64,000 bases of DNA from Candidatus Binataceae bacterium (GCA_052146355.1 JBKQNE010000049.1:20031-84030); one strand, 5' to 3'. Positions 8,620 to 18,304 are shown, counted from the stretch's first letter. Notes: generated by a model not told the origin, from the letters alone. Numbers and translations are program-made.

Positions 8620-9219
8620 ATGACCAATCTTAAAGCAATACTTGAAGTGGCCACGGCCCTCGGGCGGGTCCGCGCCCAATGGTCGATTGACGGCGGATGG
8701 GCCATCGATCTCCATCTCGATCGCATCACACGCGAGCATCACGACATCGACGTCCTTATATTGCGGCGCGATCAAGCCGCTCTGCGACCGGCGCTCGAGA
8801 AGTTCAACCTGAAGAAGATCACGCCGCACCCCGACGGCTCACCGAACCGGGGAACCTTTTCGGACTGGGCGTCCGATGAGCGGCTGGAACTGCCGATCAA
8901 TATGATAAATGCCTACCGACCAAATGAAACCGAGCCGGCGTTTCAGCTGATGCTCGCCGACTCGGAGGGGCGCGATTGGATCTATCGGCGCGATCCGCGA
9001 GTGCGCCGGCGGCTGGCAGCGATCGGATTCGAACCGCTGTGGGGAATCCCATATGTCGCGCCCGAGATCGTGCTGTTGTTCAAGGCCAAGTCGATGCTCC
9101 CGAAAGACGAAGCGGATTTCCGAAACGCCCTGCCCCTGCTCAGCATCGAAGCGCGGCGCTGGCTACGCGAAGCGCTGAGGACCGCGCATGCGGGCCATCC
9201 ATGGATCGCGCGCCTTTGA
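8620..9219 (+). CDS. nucleotidyltransferase family protein (aminoglycoside 2-double-prime nucleotidyltransferase-like fold)
   Basis: The stretch WSIDGGWAIDLHL...HHDIDVLI resembles the AadB-like nucleotidyltransferase domain. I chose the ATG at 8620 over the GTG at 8587, which lies inside the repeat. Confidence 0.6.
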   Translation: MTNLKAILEVATALGRVRAQWSIDGGWAIDLHLDRITREHHDIDVLILRRDQAALRPALEKFNLKKITPHPDGSPNRGTFSDWASDERLELPINMINAYRPNETEPAFQLMLADSEGRDWIYRRDPRVRRRLAAIGFEPLWGIPYVAPEIVLLFKAKSMLPKDEADFRNALPLLSIEARRWLREALRTAHAGHPWIARL

Positions 9220-9276
9220 CTCGATGCGGGGTGCTGGCGATTATCTGCCTCACGTAGACAAAAGGAGTCGTCGCAG

Positions 9277-9690
9277 ATGGAGATCAACGGCATCGCGCAC
9301 GTGATCCTCACGGTCAGTAATTTCGAAAAGTGTTACCCCTTCTACGAAAAGTTGCTCCCTTTTCTCGGTATGAAGCCGGTCATCAACAACGACCAGATGT
9401 TCTACTGCGTCGGAGCAAGGACTGCCGTAGGAATCATGCCGTGCGCCGAGGAACATCGCGGCGCGCTTTTCGAACAGCAGCGGATCGGGCTCCATCATGT
9501 GTGCCTGCGTGCCCGCGACCAGGCGAGCGTCGATGAAGCCCACCGTTTTCTGCAATCAATCGGCGCGAAGATCGTTCACGCACCCGAGACCGGGCCCTGG
9601 GCTCCCGGCTATTACTCCGTGCTATTCGAAGACCCGGACGGAATCCGGCTCGAAATAAATTACGTTCCGGGAAAAGGCCTGCTCGCGTAG
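9277..9690 (+). CDS. VOC (glyoxalase/bleomycin-resistance/dioxygenase) family protein
   Basis: 137-aa ORF with GIAHVILTVSNFEKCYPFY and HHVCLRA metal-ligand blocks. AAAGGAG lies upstream of the ATG. Confidence 0.85.
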   Translation: MEINGIAHVILTVSNFEKCYPFYEKLLPFLGMKPVINNDQMFYCVGARTAVGIMPCAEEHRGALFEQQRIGLHHVCLRARDQASVDEAHRFLQSIGAKIVHAPETGPWAPGYYSVLFEDPDGIRLEINYVPGKGLLA

Positions 9691-9736
9691 CGGTCTTAAC
9701 CTGTGTCCTTTTTTCCGGAGAGCCTGCTAAGCCGCC

Positions 9737-10903
9737 CTACTTCTCCTGATTCTGCTGCGCTTCGATTACTGCGCGCATGCGCTCGCCCGCGTCGCGCGCG
9801 ACTTGCTCCTGCTCGGGATTGCTGCCGGTGCCCTCCAGGTCCAGCAAGTCGTAGTAGAGCTTGCCGTTCAGCTTGGCGACTTCGTCGACGAAGGTGGTGC
9901 CGTAGTCGCTCTCCGCGCTCATCGCGAAAGCTTGCCGCGTGTAGTTCCAGCTCTCCGGACGGAGCCGGCGCGCTTCCTTGAAGTAAGGCACCGCATCGGC
10001 GGTGTGGCCTTGCTCGCACAGATACTCGGCGAGCCTGAAGTTCGCATTCGCCAGCATGTGATCGCGGCTGGGAACTTTGAGCTTCCCCGTCACCTGATCG
10101 GGCGCGAGGGCGAATCGGCTCTCCGCCCCGCTTCGCACCCAATCGCGGAGTGCATCGAGGTACGGCGTCGAAGCGACGCCGGTGATTCCGCGGAACATGT
10201 CGGTTGAAAATGCGACCTCGTTGGGGCGCACGACCATCCCGCGCTCGTCGATCCACGTCCCGGTCGGGACGTTCACCATATTGTAGAGTTCAGCGACGAC
10301 GTGCCGTTTATCGATAAGCGAAGGATGAGTCGGGTTTGCGGCGCGAATGAATTCACCCGCAGCCGCTGCGCCGCCACTGTCGAATGCAACCGTGATGACT
10401 GTGAAATCATGATCCTTGAGTTCTTCGTAAAGAGCCTGCCAGCCTGGCAGGTCAAAGCGGCAACCTCACCAGGAAGCCCACGAGACCAGCAGGACTTTCT
10501 TGCCCAGATGGTCGGAAAGCCGATGCGTCCGGCCCTCCAGGTCAGGCAGTTCGAAGTCCGGCGCTTTCAAGGTCCTGAGAGCGGCACCGCGCGCCACGGA
10601 ATCCTCGCCGAAGTACCACACGCGATGTTTCACATCGCCCGCCCATGGGATGCCGATGTGATCGGCGAATGCCGTGAAATTCAGATACGTCGAGCCGTTG
10701 CGGGTCGAAACGAAATCCGCATCGCGGCCCGATGGGATCGGAAAGCAGAGTTCGCCCCGGCACAGGCCCTGCGGTTTCAGTTCCCATCCGGTTCGCCGCG
10801 CCAACTCACCTGCTTCGAGCCACAGCGCGCGGCCCTCTTCGACCGCGCCGTCGAAGCGATGCTCTTTTTCATCAATAATGACGATCGCTGAATTCTGCGC
10901 CAT
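9737..10903 (-). CDS. TlpA/ResA-like thioredoxin-fold protein with in-frame TGA (candidate selenocysteine) and C-terminal TPR-like domain
   Basis: ORFs 10466..10903 and 9737..10279 are in the same frame. They are joined by 62 stop-free codons after a single TGA at 10466..10468. The fold continues across it: KKVLLVSWASW-TGA-GCRFDLPGWQALYEELKDHDFTVITVAFDS...NVPTGTWIDERGMVV. Confidence 0.65.
10435..10451 (-). promoter_or_regulatory. SECIS-like hairpin downstream of the in-frame UGA
   Basis: mRNA reads UGA GGU UGC CGC UUU GAC CUGCCA GGC UGGCAG G. A perfect 7-bp stem (C-CUGCCA / UGGCAG-G) carries a G-rich apical loop and starts about 13-15 nt after the UGA. Confidence 0.45.
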
Positions 10904-10930
10904 CGGTAGTTGCCCTCCCCGATTGTCTAG

Positions 10931-13492
10931 TCACGCCGCCAGGGTCGCGCCGAGCTTCGCACCTTCGCGTTTGCGGAATGCGATCGCGACTGCGAGGCGC
11001 TCCAGGTGCTGATCGATAATCTTCGCGCCCAGCCGCACGCGATGCGTCTGAAAGAAGTTTTTCACTTCGTCTTCTCGATCCAGCAGCGCGACCACCGCCT
11101 CGCACATCCGCGGCAGCGCGTTGTCCGGGTATTTGCGCGTCATCTCGTCCCAGTTCTTGCGAATGAAATCCCACGCCTGGTAGCGGCTGGCGGTGTTGAG
11201 CAGCAATGAGTGCATCAGGTATGGCGAATTCTGGGTGCGCACCTGCCCATCGAGCGTCATATCCATCGTCGCACGCAACAGGCCTGGATCGCGAAAACTG
11301 GTCAGCGAGAACAGGTAGCGCTGCTCTTCCTGCGGCGTGCGCGCGCCCTTGAACTTGCGCTTGAACTCATCGTAGCGCTTCGCATCGCCGGCATAAGCGA
11401 GAATCGAAACCAGCGCGGGACCGAGGTCGCGGTCCGCCTTGTCAGGATTGTCTTCGAAGCGGGCGTACAGGGTCGCTGCCTGCTTCTGAACTTCCTTGTC
11501 GTCGCCGATGGTTCCAAGTGTCGCGATCAGGATGCCGCGCAACTGGCGATCGAGTTCGCTCTCGCCGGGCTTCGCTTGCCATCCAAGGCGCGCGGCAGCC
11601 GGACCGATAGTCGCGCGCACGGCCGCGGCCAGTGCCGGCCGATCCGAATCCGGCGCGATCATGTCGAGATAGTTGAATGCGCCGATAATCGCGCGCCACA
11701 CGTTGAGATCGGTTTCGCCGGTGAACAGGCGCGCCATCTTCAGGAATTCCGACAGCGGTCCCAGGCCTGCAACGGTCGCCGCCCAGGTGTCGCTGACCAG
11801 GCCGAAGCGCTCGATCGGCCGTAGTTCGGCGAGGTTGCGGGTCAGCGCGGCGAGCAGCTCGGGCGCGTAGTGCACGCGGTAGAAGCCGTGCCCACCTTCG
11901 TTCAGGAACGACCAATCGACCTTGCCCCCAAGGTCGACCGTGGTCTCGCGCTCGGTCATCAGCACCTTCCGGGTGACGATGCCCTTATCGGTGCGGGCGC
12001 GAATCATGACCGGGATGTGCCAGAGCTGGTTCGAATCGTCCTTGAGATAGAAGAAGCGGCGCTGCGAAAGCTTGAGGCCGTTGGCGCTGGCCGCAGCATC
12101 GACGATCGGGAACCCCGGCTGGAAGATCCAGGAATCCATTATCTTGCGGACGGGCTCGCGCGATGCCGCTTCGAGCGCATCCCACAGATCGCTGGTTTCG
12201 GTGTTGTCGAATTGATGCTTCTTCAGGTAGCCGCGGATTCCGTCGCGAAACACTTCGGGCCGCAGGAACTGCTCGAGCATCCGGAGCACGGCCGCGCCCT
12301 TCTCGTAGGTAAGGATGTCGAACATCGCGCGGCATTCTTCGGGACTGTGCACGGTGAACTCGATGGGGCGCGTGCTGCGCAACCCGTCAATCGCCATCGC
12401 GGCAGCGCGCGATACCGAAAAACTCTCCCATCGCTTCCACTCCGGCTTCCACGCATCGACCGCGAGCATTTCCATGAACGTCGCAAATGCTTCGTTGAGC
12501 CAGATGCCGTTCCACCATCGCATCGTCACCAGGTCGCCGAACCACATGTGCGCGTTCTCGTGCGACACGACGTCCGCGACCCGCTCCAGCTCCGCGCGCG
12601 ACGCAGCCTTGTCATCGGCCAGCAGCGCAGTTTCGCGAAACGTGATCGCGCCGAGATTTTCCATCGCGCCGGAAGCGAAATCGGGAATCGCGATCAAATC
12701 CAGCTTGTCGCCGGGATAAGCGAGGCCGTAGTAGCTCGCGAAGTATTTGAGGGAAAACGCTCCGATCTGCTTCGCCCACTCCGTCAGTCCGGCCTTGCCC
12801 GGAACGTGGACGATGCGCAGCGGCGTGCCCGCATCGACCGGGGCGGTCGCATCGAATTCCCCGACGATGAATGCCACCAGGTAGGTGGACATCACGATCG
12901 TTTCCTTGAAGATGACCTCTTTCTTGCCGTTGCCGAGCTTGCGTTCGCTCTCCTGGCCGCCGTTGGAGATCGCGGCGAGGTTCTCATCGACGACGAGCGT
13001 GATTTTGTAACTCGCCTTCAGCTCCGGCTCGTCCCAGCACGGAAATGCGCGGCGCGCATCGGTGGACTCGAATTGCGTGGTGGCAGCGACGTGGTCCTTG
13101 CCGGCCGCATCGGTGTACTGGCTCCTATAGAAGCCGTGCAGCTTGTCGTTGAGAATTCCGCGAAACGTAATTTTGAGCGTATATTCTCCGGGAGCGAGCG
13201 CCTCGGAGAAATTCAGATGCGCGCGTTCCTTGGCCGGCTCCAGCCGCGCGGTCGCCTTGAACGATCGGCCCGAACGCTCGACGCTGGCGGTATCGATCTC
13301 CAGCTCCAGCGCGTTGAGCACTATCTCATCGGTCGGCTCGACGACTGTGATTGCAACGCTCTCCTCACCTTTGAAAACGAAAGCCTTGAGGTCGGGTTCA
13401 AGCCGAAGCTCGTAGCGGCGTGGCTTGACGCTTTTCGGCAGCCGATAGTCCTGGACCTGCTGGCTGGAGGACGCACCTTCCTGATCGCGCAT
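10931..13492 (-). CDS. pepN: M1-family aminopeptidase N
   Basis: 853-aa ORF with the GAMENLG exopeptidase motif and the HENAHMWFGDLVTMRWWNGIWLNEAF zinc motif (HExxH-x18-E). Confidence 0.95.
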   Translation of the reverse strand: MRDQEGASSSQQVQDYRLPKSVKPRRYELRLEPDLKAFVFKGEESVAITVVEPTDEIVLNALELEIDTASVERSGRSFKATARLEPAKERAHLNFSEALAPGEYTLKITFRGILNDKLHGFYRSQYTDAAGKDHVAATTQFESTDARRAFPCWDEPELKASYKITLVVDENLAAISNGGQESERKLGNGKKEVIFKETIVMSTYLVAFIVGEFDATAPVDAGTPLRIVHVPGKAGLTEWAKQIGAFSLKYFASYYGLAYPGDKLDLIAIPDFASGAMENLGAITFRETALLADDKAASRAELERVADVVSHENAHMWFGDLVTMRWWNGIWLNEAFATFMEMLAVDAWKPEWKRWESFSVSRAAAMAIDGLRSTRPIEFTVHSPEECRAMFDILTYEKGAAVLRMLEQFLRPEVFRDGIRGYLKKHQFDNTETSDLWDALEAASREPVRKIMDSWIFQPGFPIVDAAASANGLKLSQRRFFYLKDDSNQLWHIPVMIRARTDKGIVTRKVLMTERETTVDLGGKVDWSFLNEGGHGFYRVHYAPELLAALTRNLAELRPIERFGLVSDTWAATVAGLGPLSEFLKMARLFTGETDLNVWRAIIGAFNYLDMIAPDSDRPALAAAVRATIGPAAARLGWQAKPGESELDRQLRGILIATLGTIGDDKEVQKQAATLYARFEDNPDKADRDLGPALVSILAYAGDAKRYDEFKRKFKGARTPQEEQRYLFSLTSFRDPGLLRATMDMTLDGQVRTQNSPYLMHSLLLNTASRYQAWDFIRKNWDEMTRKYPDNALPRMCEAVVALLDREDEVKNFFQTHRVRLGAKIIDQHLERLAVAIAFRKREGAKLGATLAA

Positions 13493-14257
13493 CGTGTTTC
13501 CCTTCGTCTTGAATTGAAAATTCAGTCGCGCGGACGGTGTATTCCGCGCCGCGCCTTACAGTACGTCAATCGCGCGATGCGCGCGAGGATTGGTATCGTC
13601 GGCAATAACTTCACTATGCAAAGGATCCTTCGTCGCGTTGGTCCTCAACGCTGGCTAACGCCCGCAACCCAAAGAGGCTGTCTCGGCGATCGAGTTCAAA
13701 GGTTCTCACACTCACGGGATTCCTCGGAGAAGAACCTCGGAATGACACCACCTTCCGACGACGCCTGAAGACAAAATCTTTTCACCACGCAACGAAGTTC
13801 AGAATTAGAAGCTCAGGACTCCTCGCTCGCTGGTGGGATTCGGTTCCAGATTGGGAGCGGGGTTTCGGCTCCAAGCAGAGGCGGGACCTCGTGCCTAAAT
13901 TTTAGGCGAACCCAAATAAGTCTAATTAAATCAAGGATAAATTGGGTTTGTTCTGCAAAAAAATTTTTTGGCTTTCCTCCGGTTCGGTCAACTTTTGACG
14001 GTCGGTCGTTTGAAGAAGCGGCCCGCGCAACTTCGTGGAGCGGCGCGATGGTGGCAAGAAAAACGGATGAATCTGCTGAGCCGGTAGCGACCATGTGCGG
14101 AACCCTACGCGGCGCCGCATTACATATCAACTTCCAAAAAAATCTATCCACAGCCAGCAGTGAATTTCCCTTTCCTGCACGCGATCATTTTGAGGAAACG
14201 CCGCCCGTGCCTTGTGGACGCAAACCGGGGCCTTCGTGATGAATCCTTCCGCCTCGG

Positions 14258-14767
14258 CTAGTCCAGCACCAACGGACGCTCCATCCACAGTACGTCCCAG
14301 TAGCGATCGAACTTGCGGCCGTTTTCTGTAAATACGCCCACATCTTTGAAGCCGAACCGCCGATGCAACGCCACTGACGCATCGTTGGGTACCGTGATTC
14401 CCGCCACCAGCCGATTCAAATCCGCGCCGCGGAGCGCATCGAACAGCACTTGATACATCAAGCGCCCGATGCCGCGTCCGGTGACATCGGGCGCGCAATA
14501 GATGGTCATTTCCGCCGTGGTGTCATAAGCGGCTTTCGCGCGAAATCTGCCGGTGCCCGCGTAGCCGCGCACGTGGCCGTCTTCTTCCGCCACGAAAAGT
14601 TGATAGCGAGGTCCGTCGGTGTGTTCGTGGAACCAGGGCACGCGCTGCTCGGGAGTGACGGGCTCGATATCGAACGAGATCGGCGTCGTCAGGATGTAGT
14701 GATTGTAGATGGCCGTGATTTGCGCGAGATCATCGCGGATCGCCGGCCTGACGTTGAGATTCGGCAT
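14258..14767 (-). CDS. GNAT N-acetyltransferase (phosphinothricin/MSO acetyltransferase-like)
   Basis: 169-aa ORF. IRDDLAQITAIYNHYI N-terminus and RGIGRLM acetyl-CoA loop are typical of the PAT subfamily. Confidence 0.8.
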   Translation of the reverse strand: MPNLNVRPAIRDDLAQITAIYNHYILTTPISFDIEPVTPEQRVPWFHEHTDGPRYQLFVAEEDGHVRGYAGTGRFRAKAAYDTTAEMTIYCAPDVTGRGIGRLMYQVLFDALRGADLNRLVAGITVPNDASVALHRRFGFKDVGVFTENGRKFDRYWDVLWMERPLVLD

Positions 14768-15193
14768 TCGTGGCGCCCCCCCTCAAATCGCTGCGACTAT
14801 CACCTCCCGCCAGGAGTCGCGAATCAAGGGTCGCCGCATACATCCAGGGTCAGGACTCAGCCGAAGAGATCGAGCGGGTACGGTCGGCTTGTAGAGCTTG
14901 AGCCGCAATGTCCCGAGCGGCGGCGCAATGTACTTGGCCTCACCGTGACGGCGTCGGGCAGCGGTGAAGCTGAGGTCGTCGCCAGGCATCGCTAATCCTC
15001 CGCGGTCCGATTCTGCATCAACCCTGCTCGCGTCTACCAGCGGCAGCTTCAGGGATGGGCGTGGCCGTGCTTTGCGCCCAGCCGCGGCTTCAGAGTTGAC
15101 TCGCGGTGGAGGTTATTGGCAACAGGCAAGTCTCGCCGTTAAACTGATGCCGTCCAAGCTCGCCCGCTCCGGTAAGTGCAAAGGGCTATCGCG

Positions 15194-17188
15194 ATGACTC
15201 TTCGGCGCAGACCATACAGGCTCTTCCTTGGTTTCTTGGCGATGCTGCTCTGCGCGGTTTGCGCTTCACCGGCCGGCGCCGCGGCCAGTAGCTTCATCGT
15301 GCGGAACGTCCGGGTGTTCGACGGTGAGAAGATAATTCCCGCAAATAGCGTGGTCGTGGTGGATGGCAAAATTGCCCAGGTCGGCACCAAGCTGAAGGCG
15401 CCCCCCGGCGCCGAGGTCATCGATGGTACCGGTGACACGCTTCTTCCCGGACTGATCGATTCGCACGTCCATTTGTGGACTCGCGACGTTCTGCGCCTGG
15501 GTCTGGCGATGGGCGCCACCACTCAACTCGACATGTATATGCGGTGGAACGAGGCGCAGCTTTGGAAAGAACAGGAATCGAAGGGCGCCGTCGATATCTC
15601 CGATTTCCGGACCGCCGGCACCTGCTTTGCCGTGGCTCGCGGACACGGCACTGAATCTACCATGCCGCCCATAGTTCCTATCTCGATCCCCGGCCAGGCG
15701 CAGGCCTTTGTCAACGAACGGATCCAGCATGGCTCTGACTACATCAAGGTCATGTACGACAACGGTCCTCGGTTTGCGGCGATGTCAAAGGACATCCTGG
15801 ACGCTATCGTCAAGGCGGCACACCAGCGCGGCAAGATAGTGGTGGTTCACGCGTTCTCGCCGCAGGCAATTCTCGACGTGATCAATTCGGGAGCCGATGG
15901 ACTCGCTCATGTGCCGATAGTGAAACTGCCCGAGCCGCAATTCACCGACGCCCTGAAAAGCCATCATATTTTCGCGATTACTACGCTGAGCATCACCGAC
16001 CTTTGGTTTGGAACCCGGCGGTTGCCGACCACCTTGCCACAGGATCCTTTCCTTGCTCCTTACATCGATCCTTTTTTGCGCAGCTCGCTCGAGCAGCCTG
16101 CATTCACTAGTCCCGAACACATCGACTACCGCGACAATCAAGCTGATCTGCGCATACTTCGTGATGCGGGAGTGCCGCTCCTGGCGGGTACCGATGCCTC
16201 GAATACCGAGCCTGCGGGCGCGCTTCTGCATACCGAACTCCAGCTGATGGTCGAAGCGGGGCTTACGCCTTCACAAGCGCTGACCGACGCAACCTCTGTC
16301 CCCGCCGGAATTTTCGGACTGACGGATCGTGGCCGGATTGTGCCGGGGCTGCGCGCCGACTTGTTGCTAGTGCGCGGCAATCCGACCAGCGATATTCGCA
16401 AGACTCGCGAGATCGTCGCGATCTGGAAACAGGGTGTGCGCGTGAATCGCGACACGTTGCGCGACGAGGTCGCGAAAGAGGATACCGCCTGGCGATTTGG
16501 CGCCGGCTGGCTCCCGCTCGCAGCCGATAACGCAAAAGTACGAATCAGTAATGCGGGCGGCGGAACTAATCATGCTCCGCGGAGCTTGATTATCAACGGC
16601 GCAGTAGAGAACGCTCACCCACCTGCAGAGGCGGGAGTGGTCTACCTGCCCAGCCTCGCGTACCCGGGCGCGACCATGGACGTATCAGGCGTCCGTCAAT
16701 TGTCGTTTCGCGCGCGCGGAGACGGAAAGACTTATACCATCACAGTTTCAAGCTATGACGACGCTCCGATCGCGAAGAATTTCGTGGCCGCCAAAGATTG
16801 GACTCTGATCACCTTTCCATTTTCGGACTTCGACAGTAGCGGCAAAGAAGTCCACAGCGTCAGAATCGCCAGCACGACTCCCGGACCATTCAACCTCGAG
16901 TTGGCCGATCCGCAAATCGGAGCCCATCGATGGTTAGGCATCGAGTTCACCGACGATCCCAGCGCGGCGAAGATCAGCGTCGTGGATCCGAATTCACCGG
17001 GACAGAGGGCGGGGTTCAAGCCCGGCGACACAATCACCCGCTTCAACGACGGGGTGGTATTCGGCTCTGACGATCTGTCGATCTTGTTAGATAACACTCA
17101 CGTAGGCGATCGAGTCCCGGTCGAGATTGAGCGTGGCGGCGACACCAAAAAACTCGTGATCGAAGTGGGACAGCACGCGTCTGACTAG
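15194..17188 (+). CDS. secreted amidohydrolase with CIA30-like and C-terminal PDZ domains
   Basis: Signal peptide (LGFLAMLLCAVCASPAGA), metal-binding DSHVHLW, amidohydrolase C-terminal blocks (GTDA, ADLLLV), a beta-sandwich segment, then a PDZ (VVDPNSPGQRAGFKPGDTITRFNDG). Confidence 0.8.
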   Translation: MTLRRRPYRLFLGFLAMLLCAVCASPAGAAASSFIVRNVRVFDGEKIIPANSVVVVDGKIAQVGTKLKAPPGAEVIDGTGDTLLPGLIDSHVHLWTRDVLRLGLAMGATTQLDMYMRWNEAQLWKEQESKGAVDISDFRTAGTCFAVARGHGTESTMPPIVPISIPGQAQAFVNERIQHGSDYIKVMYDNGPRFAAMSKDILDAIVKAAHQRGKIVVVHAFSPQAILDVINSGADGLAHVPIVKLPEPQFTDALKSHHIFAITTLSITDLWFGTRRLPTTLPQDPFLAPYIDPFLRSSLEQPAFTSPEHIDYRDNQADLRILRDAGVPLLAGTDASNTEPAGALLHTELQLMVEAGLTPSQALTDATSVPAGIFGLTDRGRIVPGLRADLLLVRGNPTSDIRKTREIVAIWKQGVRVNRDTLRDEVAKEDTAWRFGAGWLPLAADNAKVRISNAGGGTNHAPRSLIINGAVENAHPPAEAGVVYLPSLAYPGATMDVSGVRQLSFRARGDGKTYTITVSSYDDAPIAKNFVAAKDWTLITFPFSDFDSSGKEVHSVRIASTTPGPFNLELADPQIGAHRWLGIEFTDDPSAAKISVVDPNSPGQRAGFKPGDTITRFNDGVVFGSDDLSILLDNTHVGDRVPVEIERGGDTKKLVIEVGQHASD

Positions 17189-17394
17189 GTCAAAGCGTTA
17201 CGAAAGCCGATTTCGATTCCCTGGCGACGATGGCAATGCGATCCTGATGATCGCCGCCGCTCGCGAAATTACTTCTCTTTGAACAAATCTTTCTGGTAGA
17301 TCGAAAAACGCTGCTGATTTTTGATCGTCCAGTTCCAGCGAGCCATGGGAGCCCGCCATTGGCGGACGACAGCACATCATCGAAAGAGCAAAAA

Positions 17395-18126
17395 TCAGCG
17401 CCGATTGGTCGTGGTTTTCGAGACCTCATCGAGAAATTTCGCGACCGGCTCGAAATTTCTCAGTACGGTTGAAGCGCCGGCCCTTCGCAATTGCTCGGCG
17501 CCGTCGCCGCTGGCTATTCCGATGAAGCCCCAACCTAAATTGCGCGCTGCTCTGATGTCCCAGACGCCGTCCCCCACATACGTGATAGCGGAGAATTGGC
17601 ACCCGTGCTTCGCGCCTGCCTGGCGAGCGGCGCTCAGCATGATCGCCTCACGAGAGGGCGCATCATCGCAACCCGCCATCGAGATGGAACTATCGAAGAG
17701 CCCCGCCTTGCAGAGTGTGAATTCCGCAGATGCGAGAAAGCACCCGGTTGCTATGGCGGCGCAAAAGCCTGACGTCGATCCGATTGCCGCAAGCACATCA
17801 GCGGCACCGGGCATCGCGCGGATGCACTCCGCGTCCGCCAGGAACGCGGCGTCGAGAGATGCGACGAGCCGACGTTTGAGCAAATCAATTTCCGAAGCCA
17901 TCATGTCGCGCCCGAACGCGGCCCTACAATGTTGCGAGGCAATTCCGAGATCGGTGTAGTGCTCGACTTCGTCAAGCCACTGCGAATGATTCGGCGGCAG
18001 ACGGAGAACTTCTCGCGCGGCTTGCCAGAAACCTTCGGCGCCCACCGCGTTCGTGTCCGTCAATGTTCCGTCAACGTCGAACACGACCAGGTGCGTGCTC
18101 AACGCCCGGGACCGCCGCTGGCGCAT
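17395..18126 (-). CDS. HAD family hydrolase
   Basis: Motif I VVFDVDGTLTDT and motif IV YVGDGVWD. I chose the ATG at 18126 over the longer ORF start. Confidence 0.75.
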   Translation of the reverse strand: MRQRRSRALSTHLVVFDVDGTLTDTNAVGAEGFWQAAREVLRLPPNHSQWLDEVEHYTDLGIASQHCRAAFGRDMMASEIDLLKRRLVASLDAAFLADAECIRAMPGAADVLAAIGSTSGFCAAIATGCFLASAEFTLCKAGLFDSSISMAGCDDAPSREAIMLSAARQAGAKHGCQFSAITYVGDGVWDIRAARNLGWGFIGIASGDGAEQLRRAGASTVLRNFEPVAKFLDEVSKTTTNRR

Positions 18127-18304
18127 TTCCGGCCCTCCTCGATCAGATCTTTCACAGAACCCGGAGCTGCTCTGTACCGTAAGCAGGTGGCGGGCGGAGA
18201 AAATCATCGCCGATCATCTCAAGTATCGCATCTCCTGACGCGTTGCCTATCTGAGACTCCACTTAATTGTCCATTCCTGAAGGCCCAATGGCGACACCCT
18301 CAAA

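Noticed and set aside
11870-13768. Very long antisense ORFs opposite to well-supported genes: 11870..13768 opposite pepN, 7515..8729 opposite the AKR, 27402..28862 opposite dxr, 20180..21340, 30739..32001, 24524..25657, 43528..44313 and 48163..49158.
   Set aside because: Their products are Arg/Ala/Gly/Pro-rich with no motifs, while the opposite strand encodes proteins with clear family signatures. This is the typical stop-codon-poor antisense frame of GC-rich DNA.
13813-14151. A 112-aa minus-strand ORF in the long pepN-GNAT spacer.
   Set aside because: It spans the AT-rich island and REP-like sequence, has no motifs, and has atypical composition. It is probably non-coding.
14783-14989. A 68-aa ORF immediately upstream of the GNAT gene on the same strand.
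   Set aside because: It has no recognisable domain and a Arg/Pro-rich composition. It may be a leader region rather than a gene.
17270-17347. A 25-codon minus-strand ORF (MARWNWTIKNQQRFSIYQKDLFKEK) in a locally AT-richer patch between the amidohydrolase and HAD genes.
   Set aside because: It is too short to evaluate, with no SD or homology evidence. Noted only because of the local composition shift.
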